From: Sphaeroforma arctica JP610
Lineage: Eukaryota
Assembly: GCF_001186125.1 (NCBI RefSeq)
Contig: NW_014040418.1
Span: 15,688-79,687, forward strand
DNA: 64,000 nucleotides
Reading direction: 5' to 3'
In this document: positions 49,355 to 61,511 of the stretch, piece after piece
How the letters are laid out: each line of letters begins with the position of its first letter
Numbering within the stretch: position 1 is the first letter of the stretch
Notes under the pieces: generated by a model
The model's database searches: none
Told to the model about the DNA's origin: nothing
The model's input: the letters and a program-made list of their open reading frames with translations, nothing else
Made by a program: the position numbers and the translations under genes

Positions 49355-52037
49355 ATGCTTTCCAACTCACCAACCAAATCCTCTGCGATCGCTTGGTCGA
49401 TCTTATTGAAAGATGGCTCCAATCTCGACCACTGGCTCTCTGATCTGGATATGGCTGCTACATCTATCTCATCTAAGGACTTAACTACTATCCTCTACCA
49501 TACTGAAACCCCTGAACTCGCCACCAATCTCAAAGATTTCTATTCTGATGTCATGAAAACTCCGCGGACAACCTGGACCCCGCTCAAAAGGCCACCATCA
49601 CCGAAGGAGATTACGTCAGCAACACTAAGGAATCTGGTGATTACCATGCCGCCAAACATCTCATTGTGGCAACTATCGCAATTGAACTACGTCTAAAGCT
49701 AGCTCCTACTATCAAGGCAGTCCACCCTTGGACACTACTCCAAATACTCAAGCGTCGCTTCAAACACCGATCTAGAACCTCCAGCGACATCATCGACGCC
49801 GCCTACTTACGTACTTTGTCTCGACTCCCATCCGAAACACCATGTGTCTAATCTCATCGCATCGAGGACATCCTACTCAGGGTTAAACTCCAAGATACGA
49901 CATTCTCCCCCAGTGTTGCACAATATTGACGGCTTATCTGACGCCGACAAACACCAGATCTTGAATATCTACCTTATGTCCCTAAAATCCCGAGACACTG
50001 TAACGATATACCACATGGTAGACTACCTAGAACGTCTCCATAAGTCTCTGATTCCTGCGCCAGCTAATGCCTCCCTTATCACTCCTAGTGTGGCTCAAGT
50101 CGCTCCAGCACCACAACCCACCATGCAAGAGGTTGTGCGTCTACTTACAGTGTTAACTACTAGCACTAAGGCTCCTCGTGACCGCCGTATGATGAAATGC
50201 TATGTGTGCCAGAAAACCACACATACATTCTCGGTCTGTACTAAAGCTTGCGGAGAATGTGGCCTCACTACCCACACTGGCCGCGAATGTACCACAACTA
50301 ACTTACAATGTTCTGTCTGTAACCTCACTGGGTATGTAGACGTCGTGTGCAGCAAACGTTCGAATAAAAACAATTTCCCTTACACAGCACCCTTTATTGC
50401 CAAAATTACTATACCTACTATATTCCGAGCTACCCAACCCACTACTAACAACCAGTCGCTTCTCATCGACGGGGGGAGGGGCTACCGTCAACTACATGCA
50501 CACCTCAGCTCGTCACCTCGTCACTAACGTCGAAACAGGAAGGGTTTTAAACCCTAAAACCCTAAACCCTTCCCACTCCAGCTCGCTGATAATGGCCTCA
50601 AACCCATTTACGCCCGAGGCACACTCCCACAGTTTGGCCTCACCTACCTGGACCCTGATCTAGTCCAGCCCCTCATCGCACAAAATCACATACAGGATGC
50701 TGGGTTTACCATTCAATATCCAGCAACACAGCCTCAGTGTCTTCTCTCATACCACACATACCACTTCACTATCCCTCGAATCAACGGTGTTTATTATGTC
50801 AACTACGACATACTTAAGCAGATGTTCACACTTACACCGCAGGTCGCCACAACACAGCCACACATCCCTACAACTACGCCGCCTGTGACCCCTCCCTCAC
50901 CTCCTACTGACGGACATCCCGCAGACCCTGAACCCCATAGCACTTGGCCAACAACTATGACTTATGACGCCTACCACCGAAGCACTGGCCACCGCAGTAA
51001 GCGTACTACCATCCGTATGGCTAAACGCGACGGTATTACACTCACTCTTCCTCCCCCTCTCTACGTCAATACCGAGGCTTAGATGTTCAGCAAAATTCTA
51101 CTAGTCAAGGCCTTGGATCTTCTCGGTGTCAAACCTACGATTGATATCTGCGCCTCTAAGACCAACGCGCAGTTTTCACGCTTCATTTCCCCCGAAGCGG
51201 CGAAGCACGTGACTGGTCTCATGCGGATCTGCGGAAGGAACTCGCCTACGCCTGTGCTCCTTGGTCCCTGATTAATGCTATAATCGCGGCAAACACCCGC
51301 GCTGGCAGCCGCATGGTAGTTGTTGTCCCACTCAGGCCGTGTGCCAAGTGATGGCCAGCTTTTCTCGCTCACCTCCAATCCCAACCGTTTATAGTTCAGA
51401 ACACTTCCACTACTTTTGCCCGACATGGTACTGCCACTGTAGGCAAACCCTCCTGGGTCTTCACTCTAGTGACTCTCATCGGCCCTCTACACTCACACGT
51501 CACGCCAGGGCCCGATCTCACAACTGTCATTAACTATGTTAAACTCCACCCGGAATTCCCCAAGAACTGTATCACCTGCCTCGATGGAAAAATCCGGGCC
51601 AAGGACGTCTCCCGTTCTTTGACTGACACAGTTTACGGACCGGGCGAACGTCTACATACAGATATTCAAGGCCCCTTCCCACTGGGCCGCTATGGCACCA
51701 GTCACGTTCTGAATATGTTTGATGCTAACTCTCGATATGGCCTCCACTCACTCCTTCCCGACAGACAAAACATGACCCACAAGGTCAAAGCACTCCTTAC
51801 CGCCGTCCCCGCTACATGGGTTCCGGACACAATAGTCGTCGACAATGCCCTTGAGTTCCCCAGCAAGGCGATGAAAGCCATGCTGATTGATCGACACATA
51901 CTTCTTCGACGACCCCCCCCCCACTTATTCACCCGCTCAAAACGCCAAAGTGAAGTGACCTCACGACACCTCTTGCGCAGCGCAGACATACCTCTCCCTT
52001 GTTGGGAAGACGCTAAGAGAGAAGCAGATGAACTTTT
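49355..52037 (+). pseudogene. Ty1/copia gag-protease-integrase, decayed and truncated at an LTR
   Basis: Zinc knuckles CYVCQKTTHTFSVC and CGECGLTTHTGREC plus a degenerate third; protease LLIDGG/ATVNY; YHRSTGH; CITCLDGK; integrase core GERLHTDIQGPF and VVDNALEF. Protease-then-integrase order is copia-type. Several frameshifts and stops. Confidence 0.92.
51066..51470 (+). pseudogene. Dam/DIRS-type N6-adenine DNA methyltransferase-like domain embedded in the copia pol
   Basis: NTEA*MFSKILLVKALDLLGVKPTIDICASKTNAQFSRFISPE, a frameshift near 51198, then ARDWSHADLRKELAYACAPWSLINAIIAANTRAGSRMVVVVPLRPCAK*WPAFL...GKPSW. This follows the recalled pattern PxIDLFASxxNxxxxRFxS...YAxPP[FW]xLI...hhhhPxWPxxxWWP. 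Confidence 0.75.
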
Positions 52038-53034
52038 TGTTAGAGGGCAATGTAGTAGACTTTAAATAAAGTGCAAATGTATGTATATATTTCTGACCTC
52101 GCCTTTGGTTTTATACTTAAGGTGTTTGTGCTAGTGTTCAGCCGCTTGGGCTGGCCAGGGTGAAACTCATATGGACAGTATGAGAAACCTTATGCAGAAC
52201 ACTTTAACACTTCGATGCTTTTCTATTTCGACTTCTCTGCAACAAAATCTCACGCTGATCACATGATACCTTTCGGCATAGGTTGTGACTCACATAGAAC
52301 TGCAGCTATTTTTAGAATGTTGCGGTTGGCCCACAGACTTAATCCACTCTCGGGATGAGAGACTACAGTAGTATTTCTATATACGTTAATAACGTTGTAC
52401 TTCGTCAGCCCGAGAGTAATTTGGGACTTGTTCTCAAATTAATATAAGTATAGGTGGGTCCGCCCGAGAGAACGTAAGAGTAATTTGAGACTTCTTCTCA
52501 GATTGTTCTATTTATAGAATACGTGCCACCGGCTAGCCGAGAGCCGAGGTCCGAGACTGAGTGTAGTAACAGAGAATAGGATATATTTATTTCTAGAAGA
52601 TATTTCCTAGTGCTAAAGTGTTCTGCATAAGGTTTCTCATACCGATCATATGAGTTTTTACCCTGGCCAATCCAAGTGGTTGAACACTAGAACAAACACC
52701 ATCAGTATATAACTGAGGGTGAGATCATAAATAAATACATTCGAATGCACCATACTTTACATACACTAGCACTTTTCTATTAGTCCCCCACACCTCACGC
52801 AAACAACTTATCAGGTCCCGCTAACACGAGAGCTGGTTGAGAGACCTAATCTGCTCTCGCGAGTCGATTAAGTTTTCACTCAACTCTCGAGAGTAATTCA
52901 AGCAACTTGATTAGCTCTCGGGAGTGAGCTAACTCTAATGACTTAGATCTCGGGAGTGAGCTATCTCTGATCCCTTCCATAAATCAAAGAGGGTTTCTTG
53001 CTCTAAAATCTGGCCTGAGACCTGTAGTCTCTCA
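52038..53034 (+). mobile_element. Type B LTR interrupted by a nested inverted type A LTR
   Basis: Matches 47849-48334 up to ctcggga (52355), resumes after 52831 and ends CTGTAGTCTCTCA at 53034. Confidence 0.9.
52356..52826 (-). mobile_element. Nested solo type A LTR with near-perfect 5-bp TSD
   Basis: TGAGAGAC...GCTAACA, reverse complement of 44593-45050. Flanks are CGGGA and CGAGA (one mismatch). Confidence 0.88.
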
Positions 53035-53042
53035 AATACTTT

Positions 53043-53322
53043 TGTCACACCTCAATGTAAGTACAGATATATACTTGAAATTTATTAATTGCAATATAAC
53101 AAAGAAGGTGTGGTGAGCTGTTCGGTCCCAACGGAACGTCTACCCCGTAGGTGTTACATTGTACGCTTGACTGTTTCAATCTTACGCCTAACACGTGTTT
53201 TGTATCTCAAGCTGTTGCAGATGGCGCACACACTTTGTGTCACACCTCAATGTAAGTTATAGATATATAGTTGAAATTTGATATTTGCAATATAACAGAG
53301 AAGGTGTTGATTGGTATCAAAG
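53043..53322 (+). repeat. Pair of ~70-bp direct repeats starting TGTCACACC, the second followed by TGGTATCA (tRNA-iMet PBS-like); probable LTR remnant
   Basis: Copies at 53043 and 53238; tggtatcaaag at 53312. Confidence 0.5.
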
Positions 53323-53749
53323 TCGCGACGTGACCCTTGAGAAATGAACCCCGTGGGTTGATCGACAGTGCCTGCGATTTACTTCGTTCGAAGATTTTCT
53401 TGTCTTCTATACCGTCGTCGGCCGGAGGTTCGAGTAAAGCTTTGGAGTTCTAACATTGACAAGGATGAGTTCGTTCTGCCTACTCGAGCAAGTCTCTGAT
53501 CTCAGGATCGAATCTGTCCTTCAGTTGATACAAATTCTTGACAAGATTCGCGAAAGCACCGCCACTTGTTACTCAGATGTACTTGAATCGAGCAACTTGA
53601 GAGAAATCTACTAGGAGGTCCACAGAACTACTGTCAAGCAGAGTAGCGTGCCATGCCTCGAAGTTGTTAAATCGTAAGGCTGTTTGGAATAGAACGGCAG
53701 TTCGGAATAGAAAGGCAGTTTGGAAATACTACAGGAGTGAACATATTCC

Positions 53750-53860
53750 TAAATACGTTAACAACGTTTTACGCCGTCAGCCCGATCGTAATTTGAGACT
53801 TGTTCTCAAATTAATATATGTATAGGTGGGTCAGCCCGAGAGGACGTAAGAGTAATTTGA
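53750..53860 (-). mobile_element. Type A LTR fragment
   Basis: Matches about 52378-52490 (tacgttaa...gtcagcccga...ttgttctcaaattaatata...acgtaagagtaatttgag). Confidence 0.8.
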
Positions 53861-53989
53861 GCGACCACGTGTGCGAAACTAGACAGATGTTCGTGAAAGA
53901 AGTTTGCTAAACCTAGCGCTGAAGCGATGTATTTGCACCGGTGAGGTGTTGTTGAATCAAGGTGTTGTTGAATAAGGCTTCGACTTTAA

Positions 53990-55200
53990 GAATTGAGGTG
54001 TTTAGCCTTATTCTAAAGTCGAAGCAATTTCTTTCGCTGAAATCTTCTTGCCCAAGATCATGACCTCAGCAATTGCAAAGTGACACTTTGCTGGGTTCAG
54101 TTTGAAACTATGGTATAACAGTTGCTTGATGACCTCCTGCACTGTGGCGATCTGTTCTTTATTTTTGTCACTGGCCATCACTATATTATCAATGTAGTGA
54201 TGTACGGGTGACCCCTCTAGTATCGTACTCTGCGTGCGTTGTAATTGCTGAGTCAGTACGTACAGTCCAAAAGGTAAGGAGGTGAACGAGCGCTTATATC
54301 AATCGTGTGCAAGGCTGAAGAGATATCTGAATTGGGATGTATCAGTAGCACATGATATGCTGCTTGTATGTCTAGTGTCGTGCAATACTTCCTACTCTTT
54401 AGCCTGGAAATACTTTCATTGACCTTCAGTATCAAGAAATGGTCGCGTGGTATGAGTGCGTTGACAGCCCTCGTGTCGAGATACACTCGAATTTTCTTTA
54501 CTCTGCCCTCACTGCCGAAAGTCGGAACTGCCAACAGTGGTAGATTGACTGTCGTCAGTGTCGTGCGCTTCATGACCGCTAGATCCTTAATCCACTTCGG
54601 TACTTGTTCGTCAACGTACGGCAACCACCTTTCTGATACAAAGTTGCGCGTAGATCTTTTCATACTCAGGGCGTGTTCGCGTCTTTATAGTATAGCGACC
54701 TCACTCCCCAGTAAGTGGCAACGTGCATTGTTTACAATGGCGGCGTTTGCTTTTAGTACTGTAGCTAGACGTGCCCGCACCCCCTCGAGAAGGTGGTTGA
54801 GCTCCGTTGGGTCAATCGGAGCAAGTCGTGATTGTCACCCCCCGATGTATAAACCCAGATCGGTCATCATTGTATCTAAGCCTACTATAGTATCGATGCC
54901 GTTGGGCAAGTTCATCAACCGGAACGATCCGTTGTGACTGTCGTTCTCAGACGAAGAGTACATACGGCTTTATCCGCTAAGTATATAAACGAATCGAGTG
55001 GTGCAGCTGTATTGATGTTCGTGCGATGTGTTCCCGATGCAGCTGCGGTTTGCACATGTACCTACCAACCCTCGGAATGTACGCCCGTTGACTTGTATTT
55101 GGATGTACACACGGTTGTTGATTTTAGCCACCAATATCGCATTGAGTGGATGAGCAAGCGTAAGCGCTACATCATCATCGGACACCCTCATATTTCAGGG
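53990..55200 (-). pseudogene. Ty3/gypsy protease-reverse transcriptase, decayed
   Basis: Protease region IQVNGRTFRGLVGTCANRSCIG (degenerate DTGA). RT motifs KIRVYLDTRAVN, TTLDIQAAYH, LPFGL, HYIDNIVMAS and FKLNPAKCHF. Protease-then-RT order is gypsy-type. Confidence 0.9.
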
Positions 55201-57170
55201 TTCCTCCGGTATCTGTGTCCAAGCTGACTGTGGTGTGGCCGAGTGTGGGTTTTCGGCGTGCTCATAGTCATCCGCAAGAATCGAGTTTATGCGTATCTCT
55301 GTTGCTGATGGTACCTCTTCATCGGTGTGTATGTGGCTATACTAACCTGCGGCGTTACAGCGTTGGAGGCCTTTGGCGGTTGTGAAGTGGTGGTGGTTGG
55401 TGAACGTGCCCCTGTTTCGGCGCTGCTCTCTGTACTGGTTGTGATTCACTGTGCTGACAGCTCGAGTCATACGTAGGTGTTCGATCGTCCTGTCACCCTG
55501 GTAGTACCGCCTTATAATATTGGCATCGTGGGATGGGGCGAAACTCGGGAGGCGTCTGTGATTGGCAGCCGTTGCACGTTGTTGGAGTAGCCGTCTTTGT
55601 TGGTCGATGTTGCTATTGTTACTGTTGGTGCTGTATACCGTGTGTGGGTTGGGATGGCTGTTCGTCGTGTCCCCGCGTGCTGTATTCGCATTGTGTTCCC
55701 TTCAATTTTTCAATCGCTGCGATGGTCGGATTTGTGCTTCCTGGAGGTCCAGACTCAACAATTGTAACAATTCATGCGTCTCCACCAATTGCCACTTCGG
55801 ATGTAATTGAANNNNNNNNNNNNNNNNNNNNGGTAGCGTTCGTGTGCTCTTCGATGATTTTTCATAAGATAAATCATCTGATCCATCATTGGGACGTTAC
55901 CGAGTTTGATATCTCTCTTCACTAGCTTGCGGAAGATGGCCTGCGTCCCATGCGAACAAATTTGTATTATATGTAGTTCCGGTGTCCAGGCGACAATCGT
56001 TTCTGGTTAGGTTTGTTGCAGTCGAGCGCGCGCCGACTGTTCGGCTTCGAAGTGACTCAACACCTTGTAGAACCACCGGAGACTGCATGCTTTGTCTAAA
56101 CCTGAGATTTGGGCGTTCGTAAGGGCTTCGCGGAAGGCACCTTTAGTATCGCGCTCCATGATGTTGCCGAAGTTGTACCGGTTAGAGCCAGCTACGCGGT
56201 TTCCGTGGCGCATGTTTATTGGCCGGCCGAGAACCATGTGTTGCTCGCAGTGTCTCCAGCATACCTCGCAAAGCATCCGCTCGTGGTAAGTCATTCGTCT
56301 CTACCGCACCCCAGTTCGTGCATGCAGGCTTGTCGGCCGGCTGCAATAATTTCTGGTGTTGGAGTGTGCTGTTGAGCAAGTCTCATGCTCGTGTCTACCG
56401 AGGTGGCTTGGATCAAGCATTCTCTGCACGGGCAACATCTCTCCCAGTGCGTCCCGTTCGAATTGATTGTCCTGTCGTTGTGTCCGTTCTGTGTCTGTAA
56501 CGACGTATTGATTCTATCGCGGAGATTGTACAGCGCGTCCCTGCCGCGAGGGTTCTACGTGGTTTCTCACTACCGTCTTGGTTAGACGATGTGTAACCCA
56601 ATCCATGATGAATCTCGCTTGCTCCTCTGATATGGAACTCAGGGTTGTCGGGGGACGGAGAGATCGTAGCGCTCTGAAGTCGCAGTAAACGTTGGTCGTA
56701 TTTCTCGAGGAGAGACTGTTGTTACCGAAGAAGACTCGTAAAGTGATTCTGAGTATCACTGTCTCGACCTCAGCCTTGTCTACTCCCCCCCCCCCCCCCC
56801 CCGGTTTATGGTAGCGAGGGTACTCTCCTTCCGTAGATCTAACATCCACTCTAGGAGTCGCCGTTTCCTGTTGTTGATCCTGCGACACTGGTCGCATGGT
56901 TCCTGTCGGGTCAGGGGCTTGTACTCCACGATCAATAAAGTCCACATTGCTCGGGGTTGTTGATCTCTCATTGCGTTGCTGCTTTGCAGTTTGTGTATGT
57001 TGGAGTATCGCCTGGTTAGCCGATATCCAACATCAAGGTCAATCGTCGGACCTCCGCCTGGGGCCGCCCGTTTTGGGGCATGTCGCTTGTGTCAACGCTG
57101 AAGAACGTCGTCTCGCTCGCGTTGTTCATGCGCGAGGTGTTGTTGCCGACGGCTCTGTCGAGTGTTAGTC
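55200..57170 (-). pseudogene. Gag-like ORF remnants upstream of the gypsy pol (copy 1)
   Basis: Lies directly 5' of the protease on the same strand and shares peptide blocks with 57576-59543. Frameshifted, and spans an assembly gap. Confidence 0.6.
55812..55831. other. Assembly gap (20 N)
   Basis: Run of n characters. Confidence 1.
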
Positions 57171-57575
57171 AAAATAAAAGTAACTTGTGCTTGCTTATAA
57201 ATAAACGAAGTAAAGTTTTGTGGACTTTGAGTCGATGCCGTACCTCTTGCTGATGGCATGCTTTCACCAGTGCCACTACTATTAAACCCACTATCTGTAT
57301 TGTTCACTACGGGTTGTCATAAGTTATTAATCGTCGATGTATCGGTTCTCGATGTTATCAGGATATGTTCAATTCATGTACAACATGCAGGTTAGTTAAA
57401 ATATAGCAACTCGCAAAAGATAACTGTATCTCAACTAATCCAGCTACTATCATTTTGGTCATATAATTTATCCTTATCAGTTTAAACCTTATTATGTAAA
57501 CCCGGTTCAAAACGTAGTCACTATTAAAAAAACCCCTAATATCAAATAACCCTACTCAAAATTTCCTGACTACAG

Positions 57576-59543
57576 TTATTTGTACAGACTGGACGGATGT
57601 TCCGCTGGATAACTGTATCTTGTGATCAAAAACGAAACTGCTGGTGGTGCTTGTGCTTGACACCCAGCACACGTAGTAGGTAATGTCGGTTGGGGTCGCT
57701 GTGCCCAGTTCTGTGACTGTCGTCGCACCGTCTGTGGTTTAGAACGGCTATTGGTATAGTCACGCGCCCCGTTGCCCGGTGGTCCTTCGCGATTATTACG
57801 GTTCTGGAGTCGCGCCGTGGTGCGCTGCTGTGCGTCCTGAATGTCGGGACTCAACAACTGGAGAAGCTCATGCGTTTTCATTAACTGCCACTTGGGATGC
57901 AACTGTAGAGTGCGTTCATACGTACGGCCGTTGAGAGCTTCCTCTAGCAGTTGAACAATGCAATGGTTTAATAGATTCTGTTGGAAATCAGCGTCCGTCT
58001 GGCACCGTTCACGTGCCCTCCTGTGATTCTCCATCAGCTGTGTCATTAGTTCCATAATGGGGGTGTGCATATTTCGACTGTGGCCTCGGCAAGCTTACGA
58101 AACGCAGGGTCAACAGTGGCTTGCGTCTCCTGTGAGCAAATCTGTTCGATTTGTAGTTGTGGCGTCCACCTCTTCAATCGTTCAGAGTTGTCGCGTATGT
58201 AATCCAGTGTTGACTTCTCAGCCTTAAAGTAAGACAATACCTTGTGGAACCATGTAAGGCTCCAACTCTCATCTAACCCTGCGATCTGCGCGTTCTTAAA
58301 AGCCTCCAGTAGAGCACCTCTCGTATCCCGTTCCATGATGTCGTGGAGGAGGTATCTATTCGAGGGCCATTCAGGCCATGTACGTGGTGATGGTACCGGA
58401 CGCTTTTCCACTGGACGGGACTCTAGCGTGGCTCAAAGTGTTTCAATCGCACCCCTCAGAGCTTCAGCTCGAGTCGTATTTTATCTTCTATCGCTTGGTA
58501 TAACTCGTCGCCCAGGTGTAGAATTCGTGCATGTAACCCCTGGCGACTCTTCTCAATACTCACTGGTGTGGGTGGAGAGTCTGTAACTGCTCACTGGCAG
58601 TAGATGTGAGCAACGTTGTCTCCGCATACTTGGGAGTCTGTACATACTCACTAGCAGCTACTCTCTCGAACGACTGTCGCTGTTGATGTTGACAATGGGT
58701 TGTGCTCATCTGGTCCTGCCTAGTCTTAAGTGCTTCCTTCCCGTGTGGGTTTTGCTTGGCCAACACTTGCTCCCGTGCGAACTCTTGGAATGACGGTGCC
58801 TCCTCTAGAGACGACAAGGTATCTTCCTCCTCGGAGAGTTGTCCTTCCAACCCAGGTGATTCGTACTCAAGGCCATGGTGTTGTTGCGACCGGCCTTGGA
58901 TCCGAAACGTGAGGTTGTCCTCCCTACCTTATGTCGTATATCCCCGTTTGTGTGAACTAGTCGACGCTTTGTTTGGGGACAACATGGTTGTGGGTCGCTC
59001 GGAAGATGTACGCTGCAACTTTTGTTCATACTTCTCTAAGGGCGACTGTTGTTGGGCCATAAGCCCGGTTAGCTTTTGTGTTGACGACTGGCCCCGCGCT
59101 GTGCTCTTGTTGTTGGGACGACGGCGGTAACGCCTGCGCTTGTTAGGTGGTACGCGTGGCTGCTCGATACCGGAAGATGAGGCGCCAGAAATACCCGAAG
59201 ACGAACGGGAAGGCAGTCCAATACTAGCTACATATTCACCAGTAATGGACTGCTCCTTATCTGCACGCAGGTCGGAATCTCCCTTGGCCTCGTCGTTATT
59301 TACAACGTCTTCCTGTGTTAGGCTGATATCCCCCCTGGGTGTCTTGGTTGCCTGTCTGTCGGTAGCCGCTTCTTGGCTATGAACCTTTCCATCCTGTGGT
59401 CCCATCCGTTCTTTCTCAGTTCGGTAGACGGGAGGGTACGGTGGAAACTGGCGGCGCTTAGTTCCTCGATGATCTATGTCGTCTTCCTCCCGACGTTCAG
59501 GGGTCAGATGTTGCTGTCGGCGGCTTTGACGTAGGTTGGACAT
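57576..59543 (-). pseudogene. Second, diverged gag-like ORF (copy 2), split by frameshifts and stops, no pol following
   Basis: MSNLRQSRRQQHL versus TRQSRRQQHL, and IMERDTRGALLEAFKNAQIAGLDESWSLTWFHKVLSYFKAEKS versus IMERDTKGAFREALTNAQISGLDKACSLRWFYKVLSHFEAEQS. Confidence 0.6.
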
Positions 59544-61511
59544 AATAGTACGTTGTGTGGATAAATGGAGGGTTGTAAATGTATGTAGACGTCCTTGAAA
59601 TGGGTCGGATATAGATACTCCTCCGTCCTAGAGAATCGTCTTCCATCTCAACAAGTCTCGACACTGTTCGTCTGGACAGGTGTATGTCGTGCTCCACGCT
59701 ACATTCCTGTCATGGTGGTAATTAGTACATGTGTCCTACCCTTGCCTTCTGCAGGCTATGTTGTCGCATGTTCTTCGCCGAAACACTCGTCGGGACACAC
59801 CCTGTACACCCTGTGTGCTACTTTAGGGAGCTCCTCAGCTCTCGCCTTACTCCCCTTTCTTCACTAATCTTACTCTCCGTGCTCCTGCATGTGCCGTTTT
59901 GTCGGCATGTGTCTACCTAGTATAGACCTCTCGTGCTCTACGGCCCTTCAATGTCTTCTAGATCCTACCTAATACGTTCTTCCCAGCAGCGTTACTACAA
60001 AGTTCTGCTCAGTCAAGGAGTTCCTGGTGCCTCTATGGCTTCTACTATGCCTTATACTCTTTCTACCTCGCACTTCCTTATTCTACCGAATATACTACCT
60101 GTCTATAAACTGTAACTTCTAAGTTGATTTCCTTATTTGCGGTAATCCTCTAACTGTGCCATTAGTCTATATATTTCCCTGATCCTACTACTCACCCTTA
60201 TGGTTAATGTACCTAGACGTTAACTAATTCGTACATACTCTCGTGTCCTTTGATCGTTCGATTTCGTGAGGAAAATCTCCCGTAGATCCGTGCGGAAAGT
60301 ATTATTCTTATAATCACATGGTATTCGTCGATGTTTGTGTGCGCTATTTGTTCTTTGTGGCCATACTTGTTTCTAACCATGGTGTAGTCCCTCGTGTTAC
60401 CTGTAATCAGCTTGTGTGAACTACTTGTCTCTCTCCTTTGCCTGTGGTTGGATTTCGGTTGTATTTCCTATAATTCTTATAACTTCTTGCCTTGTGTTTT
60501 TCACAGGAGCCCCCTTCTTATGTCTAACCAACTGCTACTATGTACACTCCCCTTTTACTTGTACTCGTTGTGTGTACTGGTACCATTTCTATAACGCAAT
60601 GCTTATTTAGCAATTTCTAACTAAAATGTATCTATTACAGGGTTCTAACCTGATTTCTAGCCTACAATGTCACACCTACCGTCTATTTTTACACCATAAA
60701 ATCACAAAATTATTCTTCACTATTATTTCCACTTATCTGACCGTCTGGCTGGACCCTCGTTTTGGTCATTTGGTCCTGCTGATCTTGCCCATTTCTTTCT
60801 TGAACTTCTGATGCCTACTGTTGAATCGGTTGCTCCTTCGTTTTGTCCGCGGTCTCCTTGGGTTCTGTCGTAATGCCAAAGTCTGCCTCTGACCTTGAAG
60901 TCACCGCAAAGATTGGCCGAAGCCTAAATCGTTCGAGCTGTCTGGCCATACTGATTCGATTGAGCCTGAATCGTCCATTGTTCGTCTCAATTTCCTTTGC
61001 TGAGCCCATCGGACGTGCTGATCGTTCAGACTCGGTGTCTCTTCCCCTTCACTGTCACTATTTGACATCAAGGATGGCATTGTGGCACTAGCGTCACTAC
61101 TGGTGTACCCACTATCGTCTTCTACCGCAATAGATTCTGAAAGATTCCTTCAATTTGCCGGGCCATCTTACTACTACTATTGTATTTCGATGGTTTCTCT
61201 TTTGTTCGTCTTATTCCTATAGAAAAAGAACCAATAAACTTCATTCAATTATTATAAAGTAGCTTATCCCTTAATTACTAATGAACTCACAACTTCCTTG
61301 GCAAGTTAAAAATGTAGTAAATGAACGCTTCAATAACTGTATCGCAACGTTCTCCCTCCGTAGAGAGGGAGATATTGTTCATTTATTAGTAATTGTATAA
61401 TTAATGACTCTAAAAGTGAGTCATAAGTCATGTGCTGTAATAGTCAGCAAAAACCAAATTTATCAGATTATTCTGATAAACTGTAAAAACTACAATAACT
61501 AAAATAAACAA

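Noticed and set aside
47849..53034. One intact element bounded by the two direct type B LTRs
   Set aside because: Outer flanks (tgtcc, aatac) are not a TSD, no PBS follows 48334, the right LTR cuts the integrase with no RT or PPT, and the gag has its own PBS at 49303.
60760..61130. Minus-strand low-complexity ORF remnant (60815..61009)
   Set aside because: Possibly another gag N-terminus, but short, interrupted and without diagnostic motifs.
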